From: Heterodontus francisci
Lineage: Eukaryota
Direction of reading: 5' to 3'
NCBI RefSeq assembly: GCF_036365525.1
Contig: NW_027140825.1
Span: forward strand, 1,612,001-1,666,570
DNA length: 54,570 bases
Part shown: piece by piece, positions 1 through 11,839 of the stretch
Position numbering within the stretch: position 1 is the stretch's first letter
Layout: the number at the start of each line of letters is the position of its first letter
Notes under the pieces: generated by a model
Seen by the model: only the letters and a program-made list of their open reading frames with translations
What the model was told of the DNA's origin: nothing
Database searches by the model: none
Made by a program: the position numbers and the translations under genes

Positions 1-6
1 GACCGC

Positions 7-1000
7 TCCCTGGGTTAAAGAACCTCCTTCTGAATTCCCAATTGGATTTATTAAGGACAACCTTACATTTATGATCCCTCGTTTTCATCTTCCCTGTCCA
101 ATTACTCCCACTCCCTGTTCTTTCTGAATATCCCTGCACTTGATCTTGCAGCTTGTCTGCCTCCTTCCCGACATTACAACAGTGACTGCACTTCAAAATG
201 TATTTGACTGGTTGCGGCTTGAGTGAAGCAGAGAGCTGTCTGGCCGAATGGCGCGGAAGAGTGCATTAACTTCCATCTGGTTCTATGCCACAAGCGCAAA
301 CGGGAGTCGAGTAGGATGACAAAGCCAATGACTGATACAATTTTAGAGTCTGAGACTGAAACGCCTGCAGAATCGGTGCTTGCAGTTGCACGTGAAGCCA
401 CTAGGTGCCAGTGTTACTCTAGTGTCGCCGCTGCCCAGAACATGCTCAGACAGAGTGAGCTTTACCCACAGCAGCTCAACAGGTCAACTTGGCTGCTTCT
501 GAAATGTTTCACTTCTCAACTATTTCACACAAAATATTCCGGCAATGTCAAACAAATCAATGATTTGATATCAGGTAGATGATCTTTAAATCTGATCCTT
601 TTGGGGTCATTAAGTGACATTAATATCAGTCCAACCTTGAAATAGTTGCAGTCAGATGCCAGTTTGTAGATTTCCAGTTTCTATTTTACAATTACATAGT
701 CCCAGGTGTTTGTAGGAAACTAGGAGAGAGCCTGAATGTCCATCCTGACTTTAGCACAACTCCCACATGTATCGTGCCAAGTGTAAAGTAACATTTGCCC
801 CCCATGTTCCCTGTTTCCTGGTGGAAAACGGGAGATCTGGTGCTCACTTCATGTGATCAAGTGAGGGACAGTTTTCAGAACAGAAGGCTTCACAATGACA
901 TGTTGTGATATCCTCACACCGCTGGTGGAGGTGCTGTATTAATCAGGTCTGTTCTTTGAGGAGGTGAAACTCAGTATGTTGAGGTTTTAAGAGCGGGTTT
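7..1000 (+). repeat. Segmental duplication copy A (paralog of 4586-5590)
   Basis: Colinear with 4586-5590 from 'ccctgggttaaagaacctcc' to 'gagcgggtttg'; the ORFs at 223 and 4903 are near-identical. Confidence 0.9.
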
Positions 1001-1056
1001 GCTTTTGCAGAATGGTGCAAAATAATAAATTAACACGGAAGCTGGAGAGAGTTCAC

Positions 1057-1662
1057 CTTCTTAGGCAGTTCCCCCTGGATTGAGGATGACTTGCTTCCAC
1101 TCCGGTTCAATGGGTTCTGAGATGGCTGATGAGTCCAGTGTATGATCTGCAGACTCTGTCACATGAGGGGCAGGTGGTGCTTTGAGGATCAGGCAGGTGA
1201 GTAGTTTGCAGGTTTGTGCGCTCCCTCCGATGCCTCGGCCTTACCTCTGCATGTTCCTTAAGTTCCTCGAGGTGTCCAATGCCTTCCCGTATGTCCTTTC
1301 TCCAACTGGGATGTTCAGGAGCCATGTTCTCCCAGGAGTCAATGCGGATGTTTCATCTCTCCAGGGATGCTGTGAGGACATCTCTAAAACGTTTCCGCTG
1401 TCCTCCTGGGAGTCTCCTGACACGGCTAAGTTCTGAGTAGAACTGCTTCTTTGGGGAGTCTGGTGGCAGGAATGTGAACGACATGTCCCAGCCAGTGGAG
1501 CTGGTTTTGGGTGACTCGAACCCTGACACTAGACAGATTGGTTTGGGAGAGGACGATGCTGTTGGACAACCTGTTTTGCCACTGGATTTGGAGGTTAATG
1601 CGGAGGCACCTCTGGTGTTACTTCTCTTGTGCTTTGAAGTGTCGACTGTAGGTTCTCCAAGG
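1057..1662 (-). mobile_element. RTE-like LINE 3' fragment
   Basis: Minus ORF ends in CPSCDRVCRSYTGLISHLRTH (C2H2 finger); same architecture as the element at 41820-42340. Confidence 0.75.
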
Positions 1663-2894
1663 TAAGGTCAATGTGGAGGTGCATTTATTTACAGTGACTG
1701 ACAGGACAAAGCAGTTCAGAGCTATCCACTGTCTAGACAAAGAACCACATACAGACTGACCTCAAACTCACGTAATTTTTCCACCAACTCAAAGAGCAGG
1801 GCCTCATCCACAGTTTTATCTTCATGTACCTGGGTTCCAAAATTGGAATTTGCACATGTTTGGCCTCCAACCTCCTTGGTTAAAACACACTGGGTGCACT
1901 GTCAACATTTCAGGACTCCTCATTCCTTGGTTAGACTTCATTTGGAGAACTGTGCACTGTTCCATTCTCATTATACATTGGTTAGATCAAAACTGGAGCA
2001 CTGTGCACAGTTCTGGCGTCTATATACATTGGTTAGACCACATTTAGATCACGGTATAATTATACATAACAGTAGAGATCGAACAGGCAGGGGTCCTTCT
2101 CTAGAAATGAGGGGTGCCCAGATAAGAAGTCTTTAATATTATTAATAGGTTTGATAGGATAGTCGTAGAGAAGATATTTTCACTTGAGGCCCAAGACCAG
2201 AACTATAAGGTATAAAATACTCAGTACAAATCCAGACGTGAATTCAGGACAAACTTCATTACCCAGAGATTGGTGAGAATGGGGAACGAACCACCATAGG
2301 CAGTGGTGGAGGCAAATAGTATTCAGTGGGATACTAGTAGACATACGAGGCAGAAAGGATTGACAGGAGATGCTGAGAAGATGAGATAAAGAGGGATGAA
2401 AGGATGTATCTGTGGAACATCAACACCTGTATAGATCCGTTCACCTGATGCTGTGTTCTATATTGTCTGCAATTCTATATAGTCAACGTCAGTATCTGAA
2501 AGAGGGGAGAAAGTTGGAAAGCCGATCTGGAACTTCCCAAGGAGTTCTACAGCCAATGAAGTGCTTCTGTTGAATTTCAGGCATGTTGGTCTTTATTGCA
2601 TGGGGGATGGGAGTACAAGAATAAGGAAGTCGTGTTACACTTGTATTGGGTCTTGGTGAGAACACACCTGGAGTACTAGGTGCACATATTTGGACAGGGC
2701 TCCGAATGATCGGGCTGCAGATGTCAATGACACAGAACTGCAGTTCCAGAAAGCGATTACCAGGAGTCTAACATTGGTCCCTCCCCGGAAATGAAAGAAA
2801 ACTGGGTCCCGCCTATCCGAATGATAAAGTGATGGAGAAGGAAGCTGTGAATTTCAGTCAGTGCCCAGAACTTTGAGATACTCGACAATAAAAG

Positions 2895-2916
2895 TGCTCA
2901 GTCATTTCATATAAAA
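2895..2916 (+). promoter_or_regulatory. V1 promoter: TCAGTCA (AP-1/CRE-like) and TATAAAA
   Basis: TATAAAA at 2910-2916, 33 nt upstream of the leader ATG (2943). Confidence 0.5.
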
Positions 2917-2942
2917 CCACACGGATCCTTCACCCTCCAGAG

Positions 2943-2985
2943 ATGTCTTTGTCTCAGCTCTGGGTTGTGTTGTTGGTGTTAACGG
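2943..2985 (+). CDS. TRBV: TRBV (V1) leader exon MSLSQLWVVLLVLT
   Basis: Hydrophobic peptide; phase-1 donor G|GTAAG at 2986. Confidence 0.9.
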
Positions 2986-3029
2986 GTAAGGAGGTGTCTG
3001 AACTGTGAGGTGACAATGATGTACATGTG

Positions 3030-3200
3030 TCTCTGCTTCTCAGTCTCTGTCTGTCTTTGTCTCTCTCCTTCTCCCTCTATAATTCTTTCTCTGTCTCTCA
3101 TTCTCTCTCTGTCTCTCTCTCTGCCTTTATCTCTGCCTCCAACTGGTCCCCACCTCTCTCTTTATCTCTCTGTCTGCCCGCCTCTACCTCTTCTTGTTGA
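3030..3200. repeat. CT-rich microsatellite in V1 intron
   Basis: (CT)n/(CTGT)n low-complexity tract. Confidence 0.8.
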
Positions 3201-3257
3201 TATCTTTATTGACATTGTCCTTGGGTTTATCTCCCTCGTTCCCTCTCTGTTTTACAG

Positions 3258-3556
3258 AAGTGGGGGCCGTGTTGATCCAACAGACTCCTGCTTCCATATC
3301 CCATTCCCCAGGATCTCCAGTCAGGATCCAGTGTATTTACACTGAAGCAACTGCTACGTCCTATTTCTACTGGTACCGGTGGCATCCGGACCGTGAGCCC
3401 GAGAATCTTTTCTATTCCTACCCCGCCGGAACGGTCAACCCCTCCGGTGAGGTGGACGGTTTCACCGCTAGGATACCCGACAACACCCATTTTTACCTGG
3501 AGTCCTCCAGCCTGTTGGCGAATCAATCAGCCGTGTATTACTGTGCCTGGAGTCAG
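3258..3556 (+). CDS. TRBV: TRBV (V1) V exon, intact, ending YYCAWSQ
   Basis: Acceptor tttacag; VLIQQTP..IQC..YWYRW..AVYYCAWS; in frame with the leader; followed by a 23-RSS. Confidence 0.95.
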
Positions 3557-3595
3557 CACAGTGACTCAGAAAGGCGCCGGAGTTCAGCAAAAACT
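3557..3595 (+). other. V1 23-RSS
   Basis: CACAGTG + 23 nt + GCAAAAACT. Confidence 0.95.
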
Positions 3596-4099
3596 CTAAA
3601 CATTGACAGAACTCACTTATGGGAGATAGACCTGTCTATCTGGGGTGTCATTCTATCACTCTGACTATCTGTCAGTTTCTATGTCTGCTGTTGAATGAAC
3701 TGGCTCTTTGACAGAGTTGTCTAACTAGTTCCCATTCACTGACTAGTTCTCCATTGCACTAATAAATCTCCCCTACATCTACTTCTCCAATTGACATCTG
3801 GAAGTTACTATTGGATGGTCTTCCACCGTCCTTTCAGTCAGTGCCCTCCACATGATAACAATTCACTGAGGAGAAAGATTCCACTCATCTCCCACTCTGG
3901 TTCCTTTCCCAATTACCTTCAATTCTTGGTTCCTGGTTTATCGACCCTCCTGACAGTAGATACAACCATCTGGATACAGTTTCTCTATCAAGACACTTCT
4001 GACCACATCTTTCAAATCTCCCCTTACCCTCATTACTCTAATGGACACAAGTCCATACAAATAGGAAATGGTTGATCTTGGAACCTTTAATCATGTCTC

Positions 4100-4283
4100 T
4101 GATGATTCATACAGTGCAAAGGCGAGACACCTCTCCAGATCCGTCTCTGACTGGAACACCTGCCTCCAGACGGCGGCTTCAGCATCTGTTCAAAACTGTT
4201 AACCCATTTGTCTCTCAGTCTCTCGGGGTCTTTTGAAGAATTTTCACAGTGACTGGAGTTCAGTGCGGTGAAGAACTTAACCC
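4100..4283 (+). pseudogene. Decayed, internally deleted V1-family relic with degenerate 23-RSS
   Basis: atacagtgc (IQC), tgg 34 nt later, ccagac (PD), ctgttc (LF) and actgttaaccc (TVNP) are colinear with V1; CACAGTG at 4245 + 23 nt + ACTTAACCC. Confidence 0.55.
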
Positions 4284-4585
4284 TTTAACTCCCGTTTAGC
4301 ACAAGGGGGGAAATGAAACTGGCTTGGCCCTGAAACAAGGCAGCAGGTTGACGGGTCTTATTGGATCATAGAATCATGCAGGATAGATCCAGGCCATTCA
4401 GCCCAACGATCCTGGCCTGGCTGTTCGAAAGAGCGACCTCCTCCCATCTCTCTCTATCTTGCACCATCAGCAGATTCTTCTATTCCTTTCTCACTCATGT
4501 ATTTAATCAGCTCCCCCCTTAACTGCATCGTCTCTATTCGATCTCAACCCAATCCATTTGGTCGTCAATTCTACATTCTCAACGT

Positions 4586-5590
4586 TCCCTGGGTTAAAGA
4601 ACCTCCTCCTGAATTCCGAATTGGATTTATTAAGGACTACCTTACATTTATGATCCCTGGTTTTCACCCTCCCTGTCCAATTACTCCCACTCCCTTTTCT
4701 TTATGAATAACGCTGCACTTGATCTTGCAGCTTGTCTGCCTCCTTACCGACATGACAACAGTGCACTTCAATATGTATTTGACTGGCTGAGGCTTGAGTG
4801 AAGCAGGGAGCTGTCAGGCCGAATGGCACGGATCTGTGCACTAACTTCCATCTAGTTCTGTGCCACAAGCGCCAAAACGAGTCGAGTAGGAGAAGATAAC
4901 TAATGACTGAAACAGGTTCAGGGTCTGACACTGAAACGCCTGCAGAATCGGTGCTTGCAGTTGCAGCTGGAGCCACTAGGTGCCAGTGTTACTCCACTGC
5001 AGCCGCTGCCGAGAACATGCTCAGACAGAGTGAGCTTTCCCCACAGCAGCTCCACAGGTCAACTTGGCTGCTTCTGAAATTTTTCACTTCTCACCTATTT
5101 CACACAATATATTCCGGCAATGCGAAAAAAAAACTCAATGATTTGATATCCCGTAGATGAGCCTTTAATATGATTGTTTAGGGGGCATTAAGTGACATTT
5201 ATATCATTCCAAACTTGAAATATTTGCACCCAGATGCCAGTTTGTAGATTTCCAGGTTCTATTTTGCAATTACATTGGCCCAGGTGTTTGTAGGAAACTA
5301 GGAGAGAGCCTGAATTTCCATCGTGACTTTAGCACAACTCCCACATCTATCGTGCCAAGTCTAAAGTAACATTCCCCCCGCCCCCCACTCCCGTGCTCCC
5401 TGTTTCCAGGTGGAATAACGGGAGATCTGGTGCTCACTTCATGTGATCAAGTGAGAGACAGTTTTCAGAACAGAAGGCTTCACACTGACATGTTGTGATA
5501 TCCTCACTGCGCTGGTGGAGGGGCTGTATTAATCAGGTCTGTTCATTGAGGAGGTGAAACTCAGTTTGTTGAGGTTTTCAGAGCGGGTTT
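4586..5590 (+). repeat. Segmental duplication copy B (paralog of 7-1000)
   Basis: See copy A. Confidence 0.9.
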
Positions 5591-6459
5591 GGACGGATGA
5601 TTTCCTTCCCGAAAAGACATGAGTGAGCCAGCTGGGTGTCAGGACACCTTAACTGAGACTAGTTTTCAATTGCAGATTTTCTGATGAAATAATTGCATTT
5701 ATTCATTAATTGAATTTAAATTCCACCATCTGACCTGGTGGGATTCTAACGCATGTCCCCTGGAGATTCACCCCCGCCTCTGGTACACCAGCTCAGTGAC
5801 ATGACAACTACACCACCATCTGATCCAGGCTAGTCTGGAACGTGGGGCCATCGGGCCGAATAGCCTGAATCTGTGCTGCAATTTCTATCTAATTCGATGT
5901 CACTAGCGTCACCAGCTGAAGCAATGGATAAAAAATGGGAAGACGGAGCAATTTCAAAGCATGTCTTCATAATGCCTATTTTATCAATTGCACTTTGCAA
6001 ATCTCAGGTGCCTGTAGTTACACATTACAGCCACCAGATGGGGATGGAGCTCCACCGCAGCCTGAGTCCCACTTGCTTCTGGAGAGACTGAGCGAGCAAT
6101 GCAGCAGTGACTTGACCCATCTACCTAATAGTCAATTCCACTAACTCTGAAACAGATTAAAATCATAACCATTCCACACAAAATAGACAATTGGATTTCC
6201 CCAAGTCTGCTCGTTCATAGTGACTGGTTTGACCAACACTTGTGATATACTAAAACAGATGATCTGAAGGAAGTAAAGAGGGGAAGCAAAGTCAGAAAAC
6301 AGTGAAAGAAAAATGGAGAAGGAGGAATTTTATATAAAGAAGCACATATTCAGGGATGTGCACATCACTGACAAGGTCAGAATTCATTACCTATGCCGAA
6401 TTGCCCTGAACTGAATGACTTGCTAGCCCATCTCAGAGGCAGTTAACAGTGAACTACAT

Positions 6460-7220
6460 TGCTATCAGGTGATTCATTTTGGCAGAAGGGAGACAGAGAG
6501 GAAATACAGACTTAATGACACAGGCCTGAAGAGTGTTCAAGGACAGAGGGACCTGGGGGTTAATGTGCATAGATCTTTGAAGGTGGCAGGACATATGGAG
6601 AGAGAGGTTCACAAAGCTTATGGGATCTCGAGATTTATAAATAGAGGTGGAGAGTTCAAAAGCAGAGAGATTGAGCGAAACATTTATAAGGCTCTTGTTC
6701 GGCCCCAACTTGAGTATTGAGTCCAGTTCTGGTCACTACACTTGAGGAAGGTTGTAGGGTCCTTGAGAGGGTGTAAAGGAGATGGATTGGGATGGTTCCA
6801 GGGATGAGAGATTTTAGCTACATGATTCGGTTGTTGAAGCTGGGGTTGTTCTCCTTGGAGCAAAGGAAATTGAGGGGAGATTTGATAGAAGTGTACAAAA
6901 TGAAGAGAGGTTTAGGTAAAGTAGACAATGAAAAGCTGTTCCCATGAGCTGATGGGTACAAGGGCTCGGGGACACAGATGTACGGTTTTGGGCAAGAGAT
7001 ACAGGGGCGAGGTGAGGAATATCTTGTTTACGCAGTGAGGTGTAATGACCTGGAACTCACTGCCTACCAGGGTGGTGGAATCAGAGAGAATGAATGATTT
7101 CAATATGAAAATAGACAGGAACTTGGAGAGAAATAAACTTACTTGAGGAATGGGACAAACTGGATTGCTGTACAGAGAGCCCGCATGGACTCAAAGGGCC
7201 GAACAGGCTCCTTCTCTGCT
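6460..7220 (+). mobile_element. CR1-type LINE 3' fragment
   Basis: RDLGV...IYKALVRPQLEY reverse-transcriptase C-terminal motif; 3' tail aagggccgaa. Confidence 0.85.
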
Positions 7221-7849
7221 GTTCTGCCCCCGTACCCCGCCCCCAACAAGAGGAAGCAGTTTATCTCTATCTACCCTGTCAACCCATTCAATCGTTTTAA
7301 ACACCTCAGTCAGATCACCGTTTAATCTTCTCGACCTGAGGGAATAAAGAACAAGCAATGTAAACATGTTGGGTGTTGCATTTCCTTCACACTTGATTGA
7401 CTGATCAAAGATATTTTCAGATTCTCCGACCACAGGAAATCGATCATAGAATCAGAGACTGGTTACAGTATAGAAGGTGGCCATACGGCCCATCGAGTCC
7501 ATGCCAGCTCTCTGCAAGATCAACCCAGCTAGTGCAACTCCTCCTATCTCCCCTGTTCATTCAATTTGTCCCCTTAACCACCTGTAAGTTCCTCTGCACT
7601 GTTTCCTTTGCATGCTGTTGTGGAAGGACTTTGTCAGCACAATACAGCAACAGAATCGCATTGTACAGAGAGACACAGAGACAGGAAAGGCACCGTCAGG
7701 ATGTGTGGTTATCAGAGTGCAGCTGTAAATGTTTCAACATGTTCACGGATGCAGCAAGAAAGAGAAACAGCCTGTTCTGTGGGTTTACCCTACACACATT
7801 TGTATTTTTCCACTCCTAGGGCTGAGGCAAAACAGTAGGTTAAAGGGTA

Positions 7850-8280
7850 AGGTAGCAAAGTGTTATGTTATTGGGCTAGTAATATAAGGGCCTGGGCTAA
7901 TATCCTGGAGATGTGAATTCAAATCCCAGCATGCTAGATTATTTCTATTCCCTTCATTAGATAAAGCTGGAATTGATGAAAAGCTGCTCTCAGTCACGGT
8001 GAACATTAACCTACTGTCTTGGACTAAAACCTCATCTGTCACAGAGAGAAGGATACCTGCCATCCTTATCCGGTCTGGCTGAAGAGGTGACTCCAGTCCC
8101 ACAACAATATGGTTGATTCTTAAAGGGCCCTCTGAATTGGCCGGGCAAGACAGTCGCTCGTACAAAAGCTGTGATGGGCACAGACAGCAATGGGGGTGGG
8201 CTCATCGCCGCCTTCTCAAGGGCAGTGAGGTGGTGGGCACTGAATGCTGCACATCAGAGGCACAACCACATCCTGTGACT
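7850..8280 (+). mobile_element. tRNA-derived SINE-like element
   Basis: B-box-like 'gaattcaaatccc'; similar copy at about 20930-21200. Confidence 0.55.
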
Positions 8281-8589
8281 GAAAGCAGATAGAGAGATTC
8301 AGAAAGAAAATAGAATAGAGGCCTCAACACGGGTGTTTTTACACTGCGTGACCATTCCCCACTCCCAGACACATCATCTGGCCTGTTTCAATCTTTCCCC
8401 TCACTGCTCCGTTGCTAACCCCAGCCTCCTCCATTCACGCGATACATGCACAGTCACTTGGGGGAGCTGCCATCCAGCATCCCTCATTAACATTCCCCAG
8501 TAACCCTCCATCCTAAACTCCCACAAAATGCTCATGTGCCTGCTGTGTTATTTCTACCAGCTTCACCAATCCCTTTCCACTCTCAATAT

Positions 8590-9268
8590 GTTGAGGGTTT
8601 TCTCCTGCTGAGGTTGTTGTAGAATTTTTTGGTGTTTTTCTCAGACTGAAATTGTTGTTTTATTTGTTGGTGCCTTCTTCTGATTGAAGTTGTTGTTGAA
8701 ATTGTTGCTTTTTTTCACCTGTTGAGGTTGTTGTTGAATTTGTTGGTGTTTATCTCCTGCTGAAGTTGTTGTTCAATTTGTTGCTGTTTTTCACCTGCTG
8801 AAGTTGTTGCTGCATTTGATGGTTTTTTTCACCTGTTGAGGTTGTTGTTGAATTTTGTGGTGACTTTTCCTGCTGAAGTTGTTGCTGCGTTTGTTGGTGT
8901 TTTTCATCTGTTGTGGTTGTTGTTGAATTTGTTGGTGTTTTTCTCCTGCTGAAATTGTTGATTTTGTTTCCTGCTAATGTCGTTGAATTTATTGGTGTTT
9001 TTCACCTGCTGAGGTTTCTGTTGAATTAGTTGGTGTTTATCACCTGTTGAAGTTGTTGTTGAATGTTCTGGTGCTTTTTCCTGCTGAGGTTGTTGTTGAG
9101 TTTGTTGGTGTTTTTCACCTGGTGAGGTTGTTGTTGAGTTTGTTGGTGTTTTTCTCCTGTTGAAATTGTTGTTGAAATTGTTGATTTATTTTCCTGCTAA
9201 TGTTGTTGAATTTATTGGTGTTTTTCACCTGCTGAGGCTTTTGTTGATTTTTTTGGTGTTTTTCTCAT
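8590..9268. repeat. 38-bp GT-rich minisatellite (about 17-18 copies)
   Basis: Unit ctgctgaggttgttgttgagtttgttggtgtttttcac; period 38 (9081 to 9119). Confidence 0.9.
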
Positions 9269-9625
9269 GAGCTGATGGTACAAGGACTAGGGGACATAGG
9301 TTCTTTTGCCCATGATTTCAAATCTGTGCCCCTCTGGTTACCGACCCTCCTGTCACTGCAAACAGTGTCTCATTACTTACCCTATCAAAACCCCTCATGG
9401 TTCTGAACACCTCTATTGAATCTCCTCTTCACCTTCTCTGTGAAGAGGAAGACAGTCCTAACTCTTCCAAACTCTCCAAATAATCTACACCTCCACACAT
9501 TGCACCCTTCAGGGGATTCCCGAACCTCTGGAATTGCTTGCACATTGCAAGTCATTGCTGTCCATTCAATATTCTTCACAACTAAGGAGGAACAATGTGC
9601 TTTGCATTGAGAAACAAGAGGTTCT

Positions 9626-9650
9626 ATTGGACGGTCATGCAGTGACGGCA
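9626..9650 (+). promoter_or_regulatory. Inverted CCAAT plus V-beta decamer-like AGTGACGGCA
   Basis: ATTGG at 9626 and AGTGACGGCA at 9641, about 100 nt before the orphan leader. Confidence 0.5.
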
Positions 9651-9748
9651 TCTCCGCACTTCAACACCAGAGGAGGCGCAGAGGGAGGTAGAGAGGTCTG
9701 CAGAGTGTGACAAGGGGGCTGAGATAGGAGGCTTCAAATTCCCACATC

Positions 9749-9794
9749 ATGCTGTGTACTGTTTACCTACACCTGCTGTTTCTGCTGCTCCCAG
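9749..9794 (+). other. TRBV: Orphan or alternative TRBV leader exon MLCTVYLHLLFLLLP
   Basis: Same peptide and G|GTTACT donor as the V2/V3 leaders; no V exon before the next leader. Confidence 0.8.
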
Positions 9795-10575
9795 GTTACT
9801 GCTCCTATTTGGAGGGTATTTCGGGCCCCGGTTAATCAGCTTTGAACATCAGCAACTCTTGTTGATATGAAAAGGTTCCAATCAGGTAAATCCTTCAGAG
9901 CTTTGGTTTTGCTATTGATTTCGAGCAGATTCAGTTCTGTGCAGCGGACACCGAGCCTCCAGACATTCTCTGGTTCTTTGATGAATCACCTTCAATCCGT
10001 GTCCCATGTTTACTGACCCTTCTACCATTGCAAACAGATTCTCCTTATTTACTCTATCAAAACCCTTCCTGATTTTGAACCTCTATATCAAATCTCCTCT
10101 TAACCTTCTCTGCTCTAAGGAGGACAGTCCCAGTTTCTACATTACTAATACAGCTGTCCTATGATGGTGAAGGTTTATATTGAGAGGCCTGGCTTAACTA
10201 TCCACTCACTGGTCACCTGAAATGCTGATTGGTGAAATGAGTTCTCCCCCATGAGTTTCTACAGTTACTTCACATCAGATATCCCTCTATAAAGCACAGA
10301 TTTGTCAAGCGTTCCAATCTTTATGAACATCCCCAAACCCTGCAATAGATGGGACTTTGCAAGTCAGTCCTGTGTCATTCTAATTCTTCCATTCAGACAT
10401 TGGAAAGGAGGATCTGATTTGCTTGGATACACAAGGGTCGTTCTATTGGTTGCCCTTGCAATAACGTCACTTGCTCCCTGGATGACAAAGACATGTGCAG
10501 GACCAATAGGACTACAGTGTGTGTGAGAGCGGGACGAAGCTGGAAGGCTGAGAGCACGGTTCACATTCCTGCATC

Positions 10576-10621
10576 ATGCTGTGTACTGTTTACCTCCATC
10601 TACTGTTTCTGCTGCTCCCAG
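10576..10621 (+). CDS. TRBV: TRBV (V2) leader exon MLCTVYLHLLFLLLP
   Basis: Signal peptide; phase-1 G|GTTACT donor; CRE-like TAACGTCACT at 10462. Confidence 0.85.
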
Positions 10622-11443
10622 GTTACTGCTCCTACTTTTAGGGAAATCCGGGCCCGGATTAATCTGCTTCTGGGCAACATCAATTCTCGTTGTTGCAGAA
10701 AGTCTTCAAACAGTTCGATCACTTGGAGGATTCTTCACTGTTTGAAGCAGTGAATTGTTCTGCTCTGAAATACATTGTCTGTAAGCCGGGTGGATGCAAT
10801 TGCAACCTTTTCTTTTAAAAAAAAAAGAGAGACCTGGATAAATTCCTGAATGGGCAATATTTGCAGGAATCTGGGTAAAGAGCAGGGGAGTTGGAATATT
10901 TGCAAAGGTTCTTCAAAGAGCTAGCACAGTCGCGATTGGCCGAAGGGCTTCCTGCTGAGCTGTATCATTCTCTGGCTCTGTAAATGCCTTTCTTTTGGGT
11001 CCTAATTGTTTCTTACTCTGTTCAATAATAAATGTAACTTGCCTTGTTCGCCCTGCCCATTACCTGAAGGTTGGCCAGTCCTAGGCAGCTGATTTTGGGC
11101 ACATTGCCCACAATGTCAATGAGCTGACCCAGTCAGTGTCGCTGGACTGGCGGACGGTGCAAGGACATTGCAATAGAGCCAGTGTTGGCGGCGGGGAAAG
11201 TGGGCAAGCTGGCTGACTTTTGTCCTCCCCAGCAATGGACACTGAGGCCAAGTGCAGCGATTTGGGCGCAGCTGCAGGTGTGCCCAGCGGATACTGAGCC
11301 TCCAGAGATGACCGGTCTGTATGTTTGTTCAGTGAACTGATGGACTGTGGCGTGCATCGCAATTTTAAACATTAAGTATCTCTCTGTCCTTACTGTGCCT
11401 ATTTAAATGTTTGATCCGATCTGTTTCTCATGTTCCTCCACAG

Positions 11444-11745
11444 CCCGGTCCAGGAGTGCCCTCCTTACTCAGTGGGGGAACCGGTTGATGGTCGCAGAGG
11501 GGACAACTGCGGAAATGCACTGTTTCCAGAATGACACCGGCGAGAGTTACATGTACTGGTATCGCCAGCAGAGCGGAGCAGGGTTACAGCTCATAGTGAA
11601 CTCGATTGGTACATCTGATCCCAGGCCTGAAGAGGGTTTCAAGGAGAGATTTAAAGTCACCAGACCCGATTTTAAATCCTGCAGCCTGAAAATACTGAGG
11701 GTGGATCAGACTGACAGGGCGGTGTATTACTGTGCTGCTAGTGAT
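11444..11745 (+). CDS. TRBV: TRBV (V2) V exon, intact, ending YYCAASD
   Basis: Acceptor ccacag; EMHC..MYWYRQ..GLQL..DRAVYYCAAS. Confidence 0.95.
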
Positions 11746-11784
11746 CACAGTGATTCAAACAGGTGCAGGGCTGGGTCAAAAACA
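11746..11784 (+). other. V2 23-RSS
   Basis: CACAGTG + 23 nt + TCAAAAACA. Confidence 0.95.
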
Positions 11785-11839
11785 TACCACCCTCTTATAC
11801 TGTGAGCTGTTAGAGAGGAAAAGTCAAGTAGGGAAACAT

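Noticed and set aside
223-582. Duplicated ORFs (223 and 4903) as a protein-coding gene
   Set aside because: No recognisable domain; frames differ upstream; the similarity is due to the segmental duplication.
6031-6044. CTCF-like CCACCAGATGGGGA
   Set aside because: Lacks the GGCRS end and is isolated; too weak to call without data.
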